From positions 320,001 through 384,000 of the forward strand of contig JBHYGA010000005.1 of NCBI GenBank assembly GCA_051859245.1: a stretch of DNA of 64,000 nucleotides, in the 5' to 3' direction. Positions 38,926 to 48,974 of this stretch are shown here, in pieces. Under the pieces are notes generated by a model. It made no database searches, had not been told where the DNA came from, and was given only the letters and a program-made list of their open reading frames with translations. This stretch comes from Gemmatimonadaceae bacterium. Its GTDB lineage: Bacteria; Gemmatimonadota; Gemmatimonadetes; Gemmatimonadales; Gemmatimonadaceae. Both the position numbers and the translations under genes were made by a program. Within the stretch, counting starts at the first letter, position 1; every line of letters begins with the position of its first letter.

Positions 38926-39312
38926 ATGACTCGTCTTCGCCAGATGTTTACCGCGGCCACTGCCGTTGTTGTGCTTTCTGCGACCGTGGCTGCTGCTCAG
39001 CAAGCGCTGCACGATCTGACGGGCAAGTGGGCGTTTGCCGTGGTTACGGAAAACGGTACGGGTACACCGGCCGTGGTGCTCAAGCAGGACGGTGAAAAAC
39101 TCACCGGCACCTACGAATCGCGCATGATGGGTTCGCGCGCTTTTAACGGCACGATCAAGGGAGACTCTGTGACGCTCACGCTCGAAGCCAACGGCGCCGA
39201 TGGTGTGGCCCTGGTGTTTCGCGGCGTGGTGGTCGATAAAGACAATCTCAAGGGCAACGTTGACTTTGGCGGCATGGGTAGCGCCACCTTCACCGGAAAG
39301 CGCGAGCAGTAA
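38926..39312 (+). CDS. Small secreted beta-barrel protein (paralog of 28264-28650)
   Basis: Signal peptide; DLTGKW...KQDGEKLTG...GTIKGDSV...DKDNLKG.VDFGGMG. Confidence 0.75.
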   Translation: MTRLRQMFTAATAVVVLSATVAAAQQALHDLTGKWAFAVVTENGTGTPAVVLKQDGEKLTGTYESRMMGSRAFNGTIKGDSVTLTLEANGADGVALVFRGVVVDKDNLKGNVDFGGMGSATFTGKREQ

Positions 39313-39346
39313 GCGCGTACCGCAATCGCGCACCACGCCTCTTACA

Positions 39347-39592
39347 ATGCCCACGTTTGACTTCACCTGTCGTGCGTGCGCGCATGGCTTTGAACTCTTC
39401 CTGCGAAGTAGCGACGTTCCGCAGTGTCCGGCGTGTTTATCAGCCGACGTGGAAAAGCGCTTCTCGGTTCCGCTGCTGAAGACATCAGGCACGCACGATC
39501 GCGCGATGCAAGCCGCGAAGCGGCGCGACAAGGTGCAGGGCACCGAACGCATGGTCGAGCAGGCGAAATACGAAGCCAGTCACGACGATTAA
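39347..39592 (+). CDS. FmdB-family zinc-ribbon protein
   Basis: MPTFDFTCRAC...FE...CPAC...KRFS. Confidence 0.88.
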   Translation: MPTFDFTCRACAHGFELFLRSSDVPQCPACLSADVEKRFSVPLLKTSGTHDRAMQAAKRRDKVQGTERMVEQAKYEASHDD

Positions 39593-39638
39593 AAAAGCGG
39601 CGCGTACACAGGATCGTGTACGCGCCGCCTTTTGTTTT
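39591..39638. terminator. Bidirectional Rho-independent terminator
   Basis: AAAAAA + 13-bp stem GCGGCGCGTACAC/GTGTACGCGCCGC + CTTTTGTTTT between convergent genes. Confidence 0.9.
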
Positions 39639-39647
39639 ATTCCCGTG

Positions 39648-41543
39648 TCAGCACGAAAGACACTTGAGACTGTTCTTTGAGCCGAGCTTCATGAGTAACG
39701 CGACCGTTTCAAGAAACGGCGGAACGCGTTGTACGGGTCCGTTGGCCATGTCGGCGGTAGTTTGCCCACGACGGCTCAGCAGCGTAACGTCTGCGCCCTT
39801 GCTCACCAGATATTCAATGAGTGCGTTGTCACCACGCGCCGCTGCATGATGAACGGCCGAGTAGCCGTTCATATCGCGCATGTTCACATCAACGCCGAGC
39901 TCCTCAACGAGGTACTTCACCGCCGGAATCCACTCGCCTGGCGCGTGCCGGTGTGAGTTGGCCGCGAACCCCTCGCCGTAGCCTACACCCGAGGCCGCGT
40001 GCAGCGGAAACACGCCAGGTCCGCCTACAGGCACCGGTGGCAAGCCCGATGGATCCACACGCGGTCCCGCGTCGTCAGCGGGCGCGTCTTCTGTGCGAAT
40101 GCGCCCAGAGGGCTTGAGCGTGGGCAACGTGTGGTCGGCACCGTACTGCTTGAGCAGACGCATGGCGGGCACATCGAGACCGTACGCTGCGCGCCAGAAC
40201 GGCGTTGCGCCAATGGTATTGACGCCCAGCAGATCAAAGTTGTACGACATGAACCACAGATGTTTGGTCAGTCGTGCGTTCACATCAGCACCGGCGTCGA
40301 GCAGGGCTTTCATGAGCTCGAGATGCGTGGTGTGCTGCTGCGCCTGTGCGGTGGGCTGCGGATACAGTGACTTGGCAGCCCACTGAATATTGATCGTCGC
40401 GTAGAGCGGCGTGGTCCCCGCGCTCGATGCGAGCTTCGGATCTGCGCCGCGGCTCAACAACACCTTGGCAAGATCGAAGCGACCATTAATGGTGGCCATC
40501 AGCAGCGGACTTGTTTTGTCTCCGCCGCTGACGTGATTGATATTCGCGCCCGCTTCGAGCAAGGCCATCACGGAACGCTCGTGTCCGTCGCGCACCGCAA
40601 AGAGCAACGGGGTGAGACCCCCTTTGCCGCCAATCAGCTCACCGTACGACAGCGCACGTCCTTCGGCCGCTGTTGCCGCGCGCGACGCAGAGTCGCCGCT
40701 GCTGGGCGCACTCGTGCTGCGTGCGGCGTTGCCGCTCGCAGCCGGTCGATCGGACTGTTCACCACTGCGTGCAGCCGGTCGCGCATTTGGCTCGGCGGCG
40801 CGCGCTGCTGGCGGTGTCGCGCGGGACGCTGGCGCCGGTGGATTGTTCACGGCCTTGAGTGCCGCCACACGGCGCGAGCGCAGTGTCAGTGCGGCGCGAT
40901 CCGTACGTTCACGCTCGGCCATATCCTCGACCTTGGAACTGGCCTCGATATCAGCGCCGGCAGCGAGCAGCACGCGAATCGCGGCGACACGATCATACGC
41001 AGCCGCCCACATCAACGGCGTCTGTTCATAGGCGGCGTCAAGCGCGTCAACCTTGGCGCCCGCCGACACCAGGTGCGTGACCGTCATGGAATCACCGTGG
41101 CCCGCCGCGAAGTGCAGCGCCGAGGCGCCGCCACTCGTAGTCACCGCCGAGTGATCCGCGCCGCGCTCGATCAACACCTTGACGGCATCAGCGCGCCCCG
41201 CGCGAGCGGCCAGGTGCAGTGGTGTGTAGTTGCCATTGCGTGTGACGGCCCCAACACGCGCACCGGCAAACGTGAGCATCTGCACGGACTGCGCATCGCC
41301 ACGCGACGCCGCCCAATGCAGCGCGGTCATGCCGTCGGCGTGGGCTGCGTTCACATCGAGCCCTTCGCGCAACAACGAACGAATCCGTGCACTGTCGCCA
41401 ACCATCGCTGCATCCGCGATTGGCGAGTCGCTGTATCGCGCGGCGGCAACTGGTTCCGTATACGGCGTGGCCGCGGTGAGCAGCACCGCGACGAATGCGG
41501 TGCAGGCCACTTTTGTGATGCTCCACGCACGTGAGGTAATCAC
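39648..41543 (-). CDS. Secreted ankyrin-repeat protein ending in CxxC
   Basis: Many G.T.LH.AA repeats; signal peptide; C-terminal KCLSC; GTG 41543 chosen because GAGGTG RBS overlaps the upstream stop. Confidence 0.88.
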   Translation of the reverse strand: MITSRAWSITKVACTAFVAVLLTAATPYTEPVAAARYSDSPIADAAMVGDSARIRSLLREGLDVNAAHADGMTALHWAASRGDAQSVQMLTFAGARVGAVTRNGNYTPLHLAARAGRADAVKVLIERGADHSAVTTSGGASALHFAAGHGDSMTVTHLVSAGAKVDALDAAYEQTPLMWAAAYDRVAAIRVLLAAGADIEASSKVEDMAERERTDRAALTLRSRRVAALKAVNNPPAPASRATPPAARAAEPNARPAARSGEQSDRPAASGNAARSTSAPSSGDSASRAATAAEGRALSYGELIGGKGGLTPLLFAVRDGHERSVMALLEAGANINHVSGGDKTSPLLMATINGRFDLAKVLLSRGADPKLASSAGTTPLYATINIQWAAKSLYPQPTAQAQQHTTHLELMKALLDAGADVNARLTKHLWFMSYNFDLLGVNTIGATPFWRAAYGLDVPAMRLLKQYGADHTLPTLKPSGRIRTEDAPADDAGPRVDPSGLPPVPVGGPGVFPLHAASGVGYGEGFAANSHRHAPGEWIPAVKYLVEELGVDVNMRDMNGYSAVHHAAARGDNALIEYLVSKGADVTLLSRRGQTTADMANGPVQRVPPFLETVALLMKLGSKNSLKCLSC

Positions 41544-41553
41544 TGGCGGCACC

Positions 41554-42945
41554 TCAGTTGGCGGCGGCAACAAAGTTGAGCGCGTCGGTGCTGTCACCGA
41601 AGGAACTCACATCGTTCATACCCAGCGTATGCATCATGCTGAGCATGGCATTCGCCATCGGCGTACCATCGGGCGCCTTGATGTGCAGGTTGCCAGCCAG
41701 TCTTCCCTGCGACTTGCCAAGCAGCACCAGCGGGCAGCGCCGATGATTGTGCAAGTTCGAGTCGCCCATGGGCGATCCGTAAATGATCATCGTTTTGTCG
41801 AGCATGTTGCTGTCACCGTCCTGCAAGTCTTTGAGCTTTTGCAGGAAATACGGCAGCATGCCCACGTGGTACTTGTTGATCATCTGGAAATCTTTCACGC
41901 CACGTTCCGTGCCACCGTGATGCGAGGCCGGGTGGAACGGCTTGTCAGTGCCACTCTCCGGATAGGTGCGAGCCGAGCCATCGCGTCCCATCTTGAAGGA
42001 GAACACACGCGTGACATCGGCGGCAAACGCGAGCGCCTGAATGTCGAACATGAGTTCCACGTGCTCCTTGAAGGAATCCGGTACACCTGCGGGTGCTTCC
42101 GGCAGCTCGCGCGGATCGCCACTCATGTTGCGCGCTTCCACGCGCTGAATGCGACGCTCCACTTCGCGAATGTCATCCAGGTACCGCGCGAGACGATGAC
42201 GATCTTCCGGGCCCAACTCAGCGCGCAGCGATGCCATCTGGCCGGTCATGAAGTCGAGAATGCTTCGGCGCGTGCGCCGACGCTCCGCGCGCTCGGCCGA
42301 GCTGCCGCCAACGCCAAACAGTTTTTCAAACGCCACGCGTGGATCACGGATCACAGGCAACGGATCGGTGGGTGACGCCCAGCTGATGGAGTCCGTGTAC
42401 ACACATGCGTATCCGTAGGCGCAGCCGCCCGCTTGATCCACATTTTCAATGCACAGCTGCAATGACGGAATCGGTGTGTCCTGTCCGAACCGATTCGCGT
42501 AGAGCTGATCAAGCGATGTGCCCACCAGCACATCCGATCCTTCGGTCTGCTTGGGATGCTGGTGCGTGAGGAACGTGGCGCTCGAACGGAAGTGATCGCC
42601 GCCGATTTCCATGGGCGAGGTGGGCTCCGCCGCACGCACATCGGTGTTGCTGATAATCGTGAGATATTCACGCCACGGATCGAGTGCCTGCAGCGCTGTA
42701 GGCGCCAGATCAAACGCGCGTCCGGTCGCCGCCGGCGACCACATGTTCAGCGACGCGCCCAGCTCGTTGCAGCCCGCGGCGCCGTGCACCATTTCGATCG
42801 CCACCAATCGGGGCGCATCAGTGGCGCTGCGCCAGGCACCGCGACCGGTGGGCAACATCGCATCGAGATACGGCAGCGCAACGGTTGCGCTCATGCTCTG
42901 CAAAAAACGTCGACGTGGGATCGCCTTGCCGCTCAGAAACTCCAT
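41554..42945 (-). CDS. DUF1552 (HXXSHH) protein with Tat-like signal
   Basis: PRRRFL..ALP.LDAM, SLDQ, P..SL.L, TRV, FHPASHH, LD.T.I.YGS, H....P. Confidence 0.9.
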   Translation of the reverse strand: MEFLSGKAIPRRRFLQSMSATVALPYLDAMLPTGRGAWRSATDAPRLVAIEMVHGAAGCNELGASLNMWSPAATGRAFDLAPTALQALDPWREYLTIISNTDVRAAEPTSPMEIGGDHFRSSATFLTHQHPKQTEGSDVLVGTSLDQLYANRFGQDTPIPSLQLCIENVDQAGGCAYGYACVYTDSISWASPTDPLPVIRDPRVAFEKLFGVGGSSAERAERRRTRRSILDFMTGQMASLRAELGPEDRHRLARYLDDIREVERRIQRVEARNMSGDPRELPEAPAGVPDSFKEHVELMFDIQALAFAADVTRVFSFKMGRDGSARTYPESGTDKPFHPASHHGGTERGVKDFQMINKYHVGMLPYFLQKLKDLQDGDSNMLDKTMIIYGSPMGDSNLHNHRRCPLVLLGKSQGRLAGNLHIKAPDGTPMANAMLSMMHTLGMNDVSSFGDSTDALNFVAAAN

Positions 42946-42975
42946 GATCTGGCTCCGTAGAGAACGCTGCGCTGC

Positions 42976-45501
42976 CTAGCGGCCGCGCGTGCTGGGTGAA
43001 GTCGCTGCTGCAGTATCCTGGCTCACCGTTGCGGCGAGCCGGCGGCGGAATGGGTCACTCTTAACCACGCCAACGATGAACTCGTGCATTTTGTAGTCAC
43101 GCGCTTTGGCCGTCGCTTCAATGCGCCGGATTGCTGGCTGATCGAAGTACTCAACGCGTCGGCCAATGGCGTACGCCATCAGATTCTGTGTGAACGCCCG
43201 AACAATTGGTGTCGGACGCTTGAGCAGTGCACGCTGTAGCTCGGCAGGGCTGGCGATCTTTGTGCCGTCATAGAAATCGCCACGCGTATCAAGCGCTTCG
43301 CCATTCTCGCGAATGCGCCAGCGACCCGTGACATCGAAATTGTCGAGCGCGAGTCCAATCGGATCGATGAACTGATGACACGACCGACATGACGCGTTGT
43401 CGCGGTGCATTTCCATGCGCGCACGCGTGGTCAGGAATCGTCCGTCTTCAGACGCCTTGGTTTCTTCAAAGTCGGGAATGTCGGGCGGCGGCGGCGGAGG
43501 CGGCGAAGCCATCAACACTTCCATCACCCACTTGCCGCGCAGTACCGGCGAGGTGCGGTTCGCGTGCGACGTGAGCGTGAGGACACTTGCGTGCCCCAGC
43601 ACACCGGTGCGCGTGGAATCCGGATACATCACCTTGCGGAACTCGTTGCCCACCACACCCTGAATGCCGTAGTGCCGGGCGAGCGCTTCGTTCATGAAGG
43701 AATAGTTTGCGGTCAGCAGCTCGAGCATGCTGCGGTTGTCGCGCACCAATCCAAAAAAGAACAGTTCGGTCTCGCGACGCATATCATCGCCGAGCTGCTC
43801 GTGAAAATCGGGGAACTGCAACGCATCGGGATGCACTTTGGAGATGTCTTGCAGACGCATCCACTGTGCCGCAAATCGCGTAGCCAACGCCTCGGCGCGC
43901 GGGTCACGCAACATGCGTCGCGTCTCGCGCTCGAGCACCACGGAGTCGGTGAGTACGCCACGGCGTGCCAGTGCAATCAGTGCCGAATCCGGTGGTGCGC
44001 CCCAGAGAAAGAACGACAGGCGCGTGGCCATGTCTTCGGAAGATACCAGGCTCGGCGCACCCGCTTTGCTGCCGGCTGGCACGCGCTCCATGCGGAAAAT
44101 GAAGTGCGGGCTGGCGAGCACCGCTTCAAGCGCGGTGCGCACACCGGCTTCGAATCCGCCTTCCGCTGCTCCGTCGTCGTAGAACTCCATCAACGATTGC
44201 AGGTCGCCTTTTGACACGTCACGACGATACGCGGCGCTGGCCAGACGTTTGACGATCTGCTCGGCGCACGGACGCGCTTCGTTGGGCGATGTGGGGCGGC
44301 AGGTGAAAATGCGTCGGCGTAGCGGCGTGTCGGAAACGCCGGTTGGATTGAACGGCCCGGTGACCACGAAACTCTGCAAATGCGGGAGAATCGTGATGCC
44401 GTGCTGCAATCCAATCTGTGTATCCGCAATGCTGTGACCGATGGGTGAGATCACATCGTTCACCGGACCTTCAAACTGCCGCACGAATGTGACGGCAACA
44501 CGATGCTGTCCCGCACGAAGTGGAACCGCCGGTGTGCGCACATCCATGCCGTTCGGATCAGCCTGCGACATGCCGCGATCAATGTCGAGCAGTGCGACCC
44601 GCGCACCATCTACGGAGACTTCGATTTTTTCGTCGAAGGGTGCCGTTTGCCCGTACAACTGGCCCGTTGGCGTCGCGTGCAGCGTAATCGTGAATGCGTA
44701 TTCGCCGTCGGCCGGGAATGTGTGCATCACGGCCACACCGCCGCGCGTGCCCTGCGGAGCGCCAGGCAACGGTTCAAGCTGCGACGCGAGACGCGGCACG
44801 CGATACGCGCGCGACACTGTGCTTGCCGTCGGATCACCAACCGCCAGTCGACTGATTTCGCTCGCGGCGTCGAGATACGCATCAAGCACCGTGGCGGATG
44901 GCGTTTGTGCGTCGGCGATGTTGTCAAAGTTTGCGCTGCGTGTATCGAGCGGTAACCATGACTCGGCGTTCACTTGCAGTCCGAGTAACTCGTACACCGA
45001 GCGCTCGTACTCTGCGCGATTCAGTCGCTGAAACGCACGAACGCCGGGATTGGGGTCGGACTTGGCGCGTGCATCCATCACGCGTTCAAGCGAAGTCGCC
45101 AGTACATCGAGTGTGTCACCACCCGGACGGCGGCGCCCTGGCGGTGGCATCATGCCTGAGCGCAGCTTGCCGATCATCTTCTCGGCAACGTCTGGCGCCG
45201 CCGATGCAACGGTATTGAGATCAAACGCGGCCAGCGACAGGTTGCCCTGTTTGCGCGTCTCACTGTGGCAGTTCAGACACGTGGCTTTGACAACCGCGGT
45301 CAGCTCATCATTTGAAATGTCGGTTGCTGGACGTGCGATTGGTTCATGCGCGCCTGAAATGTTCGTTGCTGGACGCGCGATCGGTTCATGCACGCCCATC
45401 GGTCTCGCGTGCGGAGCACCTTCGGCGACATCGAATCCGGCCACGGTATACCCGAGCACGGCGAGTAACGCACCAGCACCTGCAACGGCCAATGACTTCA
45501 T
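42976..45501 (-). CDS. DUF1592/1587/1595/1588/1585 (PSD/PSCyt) c-type cytochrome protein
   Basis: CLNCH, MPP, RLNRAEY, L.SP.F.FR, ATRLSFFLW..PD, TSPV.RG.W, CRSCH, DP.G.AL.NFD..GRWR. Confidence 0.92.
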   Translation of the reverse strand: MKSLAVAGAGALLAVLGYTVAGFDVAEGAPHARPMGVHEPIARPATNISGAHEPIARPATDISNDELTAVVKATCLNCHSETRKQGNLSLAAFDLNTVASAAPDVAEKMIGKLRSGMMPPPGRRRPGGDTLDVLATSLERVMDARAKSDPNPGVRAFQRLNRAEYERSVYELLGLQVNAESWLPLDTRSANFDNIADAQTPSATVLDAYLDAASEISRLAVGDPTASTVSRAYRVPRLASQLEPLPGAPQGTRGGVAVMHTFPADGEYAFTITLHATPTGQLYGQTAPFDEKIEVSVDGARVALLDIDRGMSQADPNGMDVRTPAVPLRAGQHRVAVTFVRQFEGPVNDVISPIGHSIADTQIGLQHGITILPHLQSFVVTGPFNPTGVSDTPLRRRIFTCRPTSPNEARPCAEQIVKRLASAAYRRDVSKGDLQSLMEFYDDGAAEGGFEAGVRTALEAVLASPHFIFRMERVPAGSKAGAPSLVSSEDMATRLSFFLWGAPPDSALIALARRGVLTDSVVLERETRRMLRDPRAEALATRFAAQWMRLQDISKVHPDALQFPDFHEQLGDDMRRETELFFFGLVRDNRSMLELLTANYSFMNEALARHYGIQGVVGNEFRKVMYPDSTRTGVLGHASVLTLTSHANRTSPVLRGKWVMEVLMASPPPPPPPDIPDFEETKASEDGRFLTTRARMEMHRDNASCRSCHQFIDPIGLALDNFDVTGRWRIRENGEALDTRGDFYDGTKIASPAELQRALLKRPTPIVRAFTQNLMAYAIGRRVEYFDQPAIRRIEATAKARDYKMHEFIVGVVKSDPFRRRLAATVSQDTAAATSPSTRGR
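45313..45396 (-). repeat. 42-bp tandem duplication (2 copies, 37/42 identical) within the DUF1592 gene
   Basis: 45313-45354 vs 45355-45396; encodes G(V/A)HEPIARPAT(N/D)IS twice. Confidence 0.9.
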
Positions 45502-45723
45502 CCCGAGGATCTCCGGGGCACGGCGGGAGGGCGAACGAGGAGGGAAGGGCCCGCAAAGGCCCAGCGTAACTTGCGGCTCAGTACTGCAGACAGCAACACA
45601 TTTTTACGGATTCGTACGGAGCGGCCCTTGCTCAGCCGCGCGCCGACGTCTCTTATTGGGCGACCCCAGTCCGAGTAACCGTCACAGCACCGGTTGCCTC
45701 TGCCCCCTTTGCACAAGAACGCC

Positions 45724-46710
45724 ATGCGTAACGCCTTGTTGATGACGGCCTTGCTCACCGTATCGTTGACGTCTGCCCGTACTGAGCTGCCCGCGCAGGC
45801 TCGTCTGAATCCGGTGGTGGAGTTGCTGGAGAAGCAACAGCCGGTGTTTGGCCTTTACGCCCCAGCCAATCGTCGCGTGCGGCCCGGCGGTCCACCGATT
45901 CCGCCCGACTCGCTGCGCAGCATGGACCAGCTGGCGATCGAGGCGCTGGCCGCGAAAGGTGCCGATTACATCTTTGACGGCACGATGGAGGGCGACTTCG
46001 ATGGCGGCTATCGCAGCTTCACGGAGTTCGCGGCGGGCATGGCGAAGGCGGGCAATCTGCAAACATCTCCCACCCCCAGATTCCGCGCGCCGCTGTTTGT
46101 GAAGACGCCCGGTTTCGCCGCGAATCCCGCGCTCGCCCGCGAACGCATTGCGAAGCAACTCAATCTCGGCGTAAGCGGCATCGTGTTCGTTGATGTGGAG
46201 ACGGCCGCTGAGATGCGCGAGGGGATCAAGGCGGTGCGGTTTGCATCGGCCGGTGGTACGCGTCCCGACGCGGTGGGCGACGCACCCGCGCGCTGGGGCA
46301 TGTCGGAAGCTGACTACAAGCGCAAAGCCGATGTGTACCCGCTGAACAAGCAGGGCGAACTCATCACGTTTGCCATTGTGGAGAGCAAGGAAGGCCTGGC
46401 GAACATTCGCGAGATCGCGGCGGTGCCGGGCATCAGCGTACTGTTTCCCGGCGCTGGCACGCTGCGCGGTGTCTTTACGTCAACCGATGCATCTGGTCAG
46501 CGCGTGTTCGACGAAAAGGGCTGGGAAGCCGCGATTCAATCGGTGCTCTCGGCGTGCAAGGAGTTCAAGGTGCCGTGCGGCTATCCGGCTGGTCCGGCCG
46601 ACATTGAAGCCCGCATGTCGCAGGGCTTCAATGTCTTTGTGATCGGCTGGGGGACGCCCGGCTTCAAGGCCGTTGAGTTAGGACGGGCCAAGGCCGGACG
46701 TAACTGGTAG
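45724..46710 (+). CDS. HpcH/HpaI aldolase-family protein with N-terminal signal peptide
   Basis: L..GV.GI.F..VE.A, AIVESKEGLANI.EIAAVPGI..LF.G.G.L, I..V..AC....VP.G, ..QGF. Confidence 0.82.
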   Translation: MRNALLMTALLTVSLTSARTELPAQARLNPVVELLEKQQPVFGLYAPANRRVRPGGPPIPPDSLRSMDQLAIEALAAKGADYIFDGTMEGDFDGGYRSFTEFAAGMAKAGNLQTSPTPRFRAPLFVKTPGFAANPALARERIAKQLNLGVSGIVFVDVETAAEMREGIKAVRFASAGGTRPDAVGDAPARWGMSEADYKRKADVYPLNKQGELITFAIVESKEGLANIREIAAVPGISVLFPGAGTLRGVFTSTDASGQRVFDEKGWEAAIQSVLSACKEFKVPCGYPAGPADIEARMSQGFNVFVIGWGTPGFKAVELGRAKAGRNW

Positions 46711-47127
46711 CTTCAACAGAATTGCTTTGGCGCTAGCCGAGTCGGCGCGAAACTCGTTCGCGCCAGCCGGCGCCTTGTTGAGCTGCAGCATGTAGGCAAG
46801 CACGTCTTCGTACTGCTGCTGCGTGAGTGTGCCCGGCGTTTCGTCGGGCATTGTGGTGCGGACATTCTCGTACAAATCAAACAGCGATCGTCCGTTCCAC
46901 TCGCCGTGGAAGTCTGCGTTGGTGAAATCCTGCGGCTCGTGGCACTCACTGCAGACTTTCTTGAAGACCGTGAGTCCGCGTTCCGCCTGCGCGGTGGTGT
47001 ACGCGCCTACAGTGTCCGGAGCGAATGAGGCCGCGTGCGCTGGGCGAACGCGTGCCGGTGCATCGGTCAGCGCAATCGTGGCCGTGGCCAGCGCTACCGC
47101 CGTCGGGAGCAGAAGTTTGTGCAGCAT
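46678..47127 (-). CDS. Monoheme cytochrome c
   Basis: Signal peptide; YT.AQA.RG..F...CSECH; TMP...PG.L....Y.D..AY...N. Confidence 0.9.
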   Translation of the reverse strand: MLHKLLLPTAVALATATIALTDAPARVRPAHAASFAPDTVGAYTTAQAERGLTVFKKVCSECHEPQDFTNADFHGEWNGRSLFDLYENVRTTMPDETPGTLTQQQYEDVLAYMLQLNKAPAGANEFRADSASAKAILLKLPVTSGLGPS

Positions 47128-47229
47128 GCTTCGAAAGTGACGAGGTGCAGTGGGCAGGGCAAGGGATAGCCAACGCCGGCTGAGTCATCCCGCAATTCGT
47201 GGGACGATCCAGGCTACCGAACCGACCGT

Positions 47230-48369
47230 TCAGGACATCGCAAAGCGACCGGCGCCGAACAGGGGGTGCGGCTGTTGCGCCGGATCCGTGACCAGATCGG
47301 CCACTATCTCCCCGATCACCGGTGCAAACTTGAACCCGTGTCCTGAGCAGGCGCTCGCAACAACGACATTGTCGTGTGCGGGGTGCCGGTCGAGCACAAA
47401 GTGTTCATCCGGAGTCTTGGTGTACATGCACGTCACCGTCTGGACGAGCTCGCCGTTCGCACTCGGCAAGAAACGATCGAGCAGTGACCGCATGTACGCG
47501 ACCTCGCTTGAGTGCACATGGCGATCAATGCCGTCGGCCGTCGTGCTATGACCAGAGCCGTGCAGCGCCACCTTGATGCCGTCCCCCGTATCGGGGAATC
47601 CGTACCACACGCACTCGGGCTCGGTATCAAAGAGGAACACCGGAAATTGTTCGGGCGAAAAAAGGTTCGCATGGGAGGCTGGCCGAAACCAGAACAGCAC
47701 GTTTCGCTCCACCACCAGCGGCACGTGCATTCCGTGCAGCTGCGCGGACGCCCACGGTCCGAGGGCCAGCACCAAGTGCTTCGCCGTTCGCGTACCTCTC
47801 GATGTGATCACCGTGACACCGCTGCTGGTGGCACGCCATGACTGCATCTTCTCCTGCGTTGCGATCGTGGCGCCAGCGCTCGCGGCGGCGCCCAGCATGC
47901 TGTGGATGCACGCTTCTGGATCAAGCACGCCTGCTCGCGGTTCAAACACGGCGACCGTATCAGACGGGGCGGTGAACGCCGGCGCTCTCACTTGCAGTTG
48001 CTCTGCACGCAGCAATTCGTGCGGCAGTGCATGGGCCAAGGCACTGGCGAGAGCACCTGAAACCAGTGCGCCATGCCGCGGACCGAGCATCAAGCCGCCC
48101 GTCTCGCGCAGGAGCGCCGTACCGCGCGCCCGCTCTAGTGCCCGCCACACCGTATACGCACGCTGTACGAGCGGCACGTACTGCGGATCTTCAAAATACG
48201 CTTCGCGAATGATGCGCGAGCGACCGTGCGACGAGCCCAATGCGTGCGGTGGTGCGAACTGATCGAGGCCAAGTACACGATGTCCGCGTTCGGCCAGTTG
48301 CCACAGTGCCGCGCTGCCAGCAGCGCCAAGCCCAACCACGATCGTGTCCCAACCGTGCGTGGCAGACAT
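47230..48369 (-). CDS. solA: N-methyl-L-tryptophan oxidase / monomeric sarcosine oxidase family
   Basis: GLGAAGSA, GSSHG.SRIIR.AY.E, CMYT.TPD.HF.LD, CSGHGFKF...GE. Confidence 0.9.
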   Translation of the reverse strand: MSATHGWDTIVVGLGAAGSAALWQLAERGHRVLGLDQFAPPHALGSSHGRSRIIREAYFEDPQYVPLVQRAYTVWRALERARGTALLRETGGLMLGPRHGALVSGALASALAHALPHELLRAEQLQVRAPAFTAPSDTVAVFEPRAGVLDPEACIHSMLGAAASAGATIATQEKMQSWRATSSGVTVITSRGTRTAKHLVLALGPWASAQLHGMHVPLVVERNVLFWFRPASHANLFSPEQFPVFLFDTEPECVWYGFPDTGDGIKVALHGSGHSTTADGIDRHVHSSEVAYMRSLLDRFLPSANGELVQTVTCMYTKTPDEHFVLDRHPAHDNVVVASACSGHGFKFAPVIGEIVADLVTDPAQQPHPLFGAGRFAMS

Positions 48370-48379
48370 GTGATGGCGA

Positions 48380-48967
48380 TCAGCGTGCGGCGCGAGCGGC
48401 TCGCGCACGCGTTGTGCTCTTTCGTCGCGTCGGACGCTTGGCGACGTGCCGCGCGGCAAACACGCCGGCAGCGAATCCACCGGCGTGTGACTGCCAACTT
48501 ACCCCCGATTGCCCGGGCAGCACACCGAACACCAGGCCGCCCCACACACCGGCCACGAAGAGGCTCACCAGAATCATGCCGACGCGCCGCGCAAACCAAC
48601 CGTGCGAGAGCAGGAATCCGAGATAACCAAACACGACGCCACTGGCGCCGATGTGCACGCTGCGCGGCGCGCCAAACATCCACGCCGCGAGACCAGCGCC
48701 AAGCACGCTCCACAGCGTGACTGTAAGGAACCGTCGATCATCGGCGAACAGCACCAGAGCGCCGAGCACGAGCAGTGGCACCGAGTTCGACATGAGATGC
48801 GCAACGTTGCCGTGCAGTACCGGTGCAAGCGGAATACCACGCAAGCCGTTCAGCGTTCGCGGCACCACACCAAACACGGCAAATGAGCCGGGCAGCACGG
48901 CGTCGACCGCGAGCACCATCCAGCACAACACAACAAACCCGACGAGTAGCAACGCGTGCTGCTTCAT
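48380..48967 (-). CDS. Rhomboid intramembrane serine protease
   Basis: LHG...HL.SN, GASG, SW..H.GG. Confidence 0.9.
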   Translation of the reverse strand: MKQHALLLVGFVVLCWMVLAVDAVLPGSFAVFGVVPRTLNGLRGIPLAPVLHGNVAHLMSNSVPLLVLGALVLFADDRRFLTVTLWSVLGAGLAAWMFGAPRSVHIGASGVVFGYLGFLLSHGWFARRVGMILVSLFVAGVWGGLVFGVLPGQSGVSWQSHAGGFAAGVFAARHVAKRPTRRKSTTRARAARAAR

Positions 48968-48974
48968 GCCGTTG

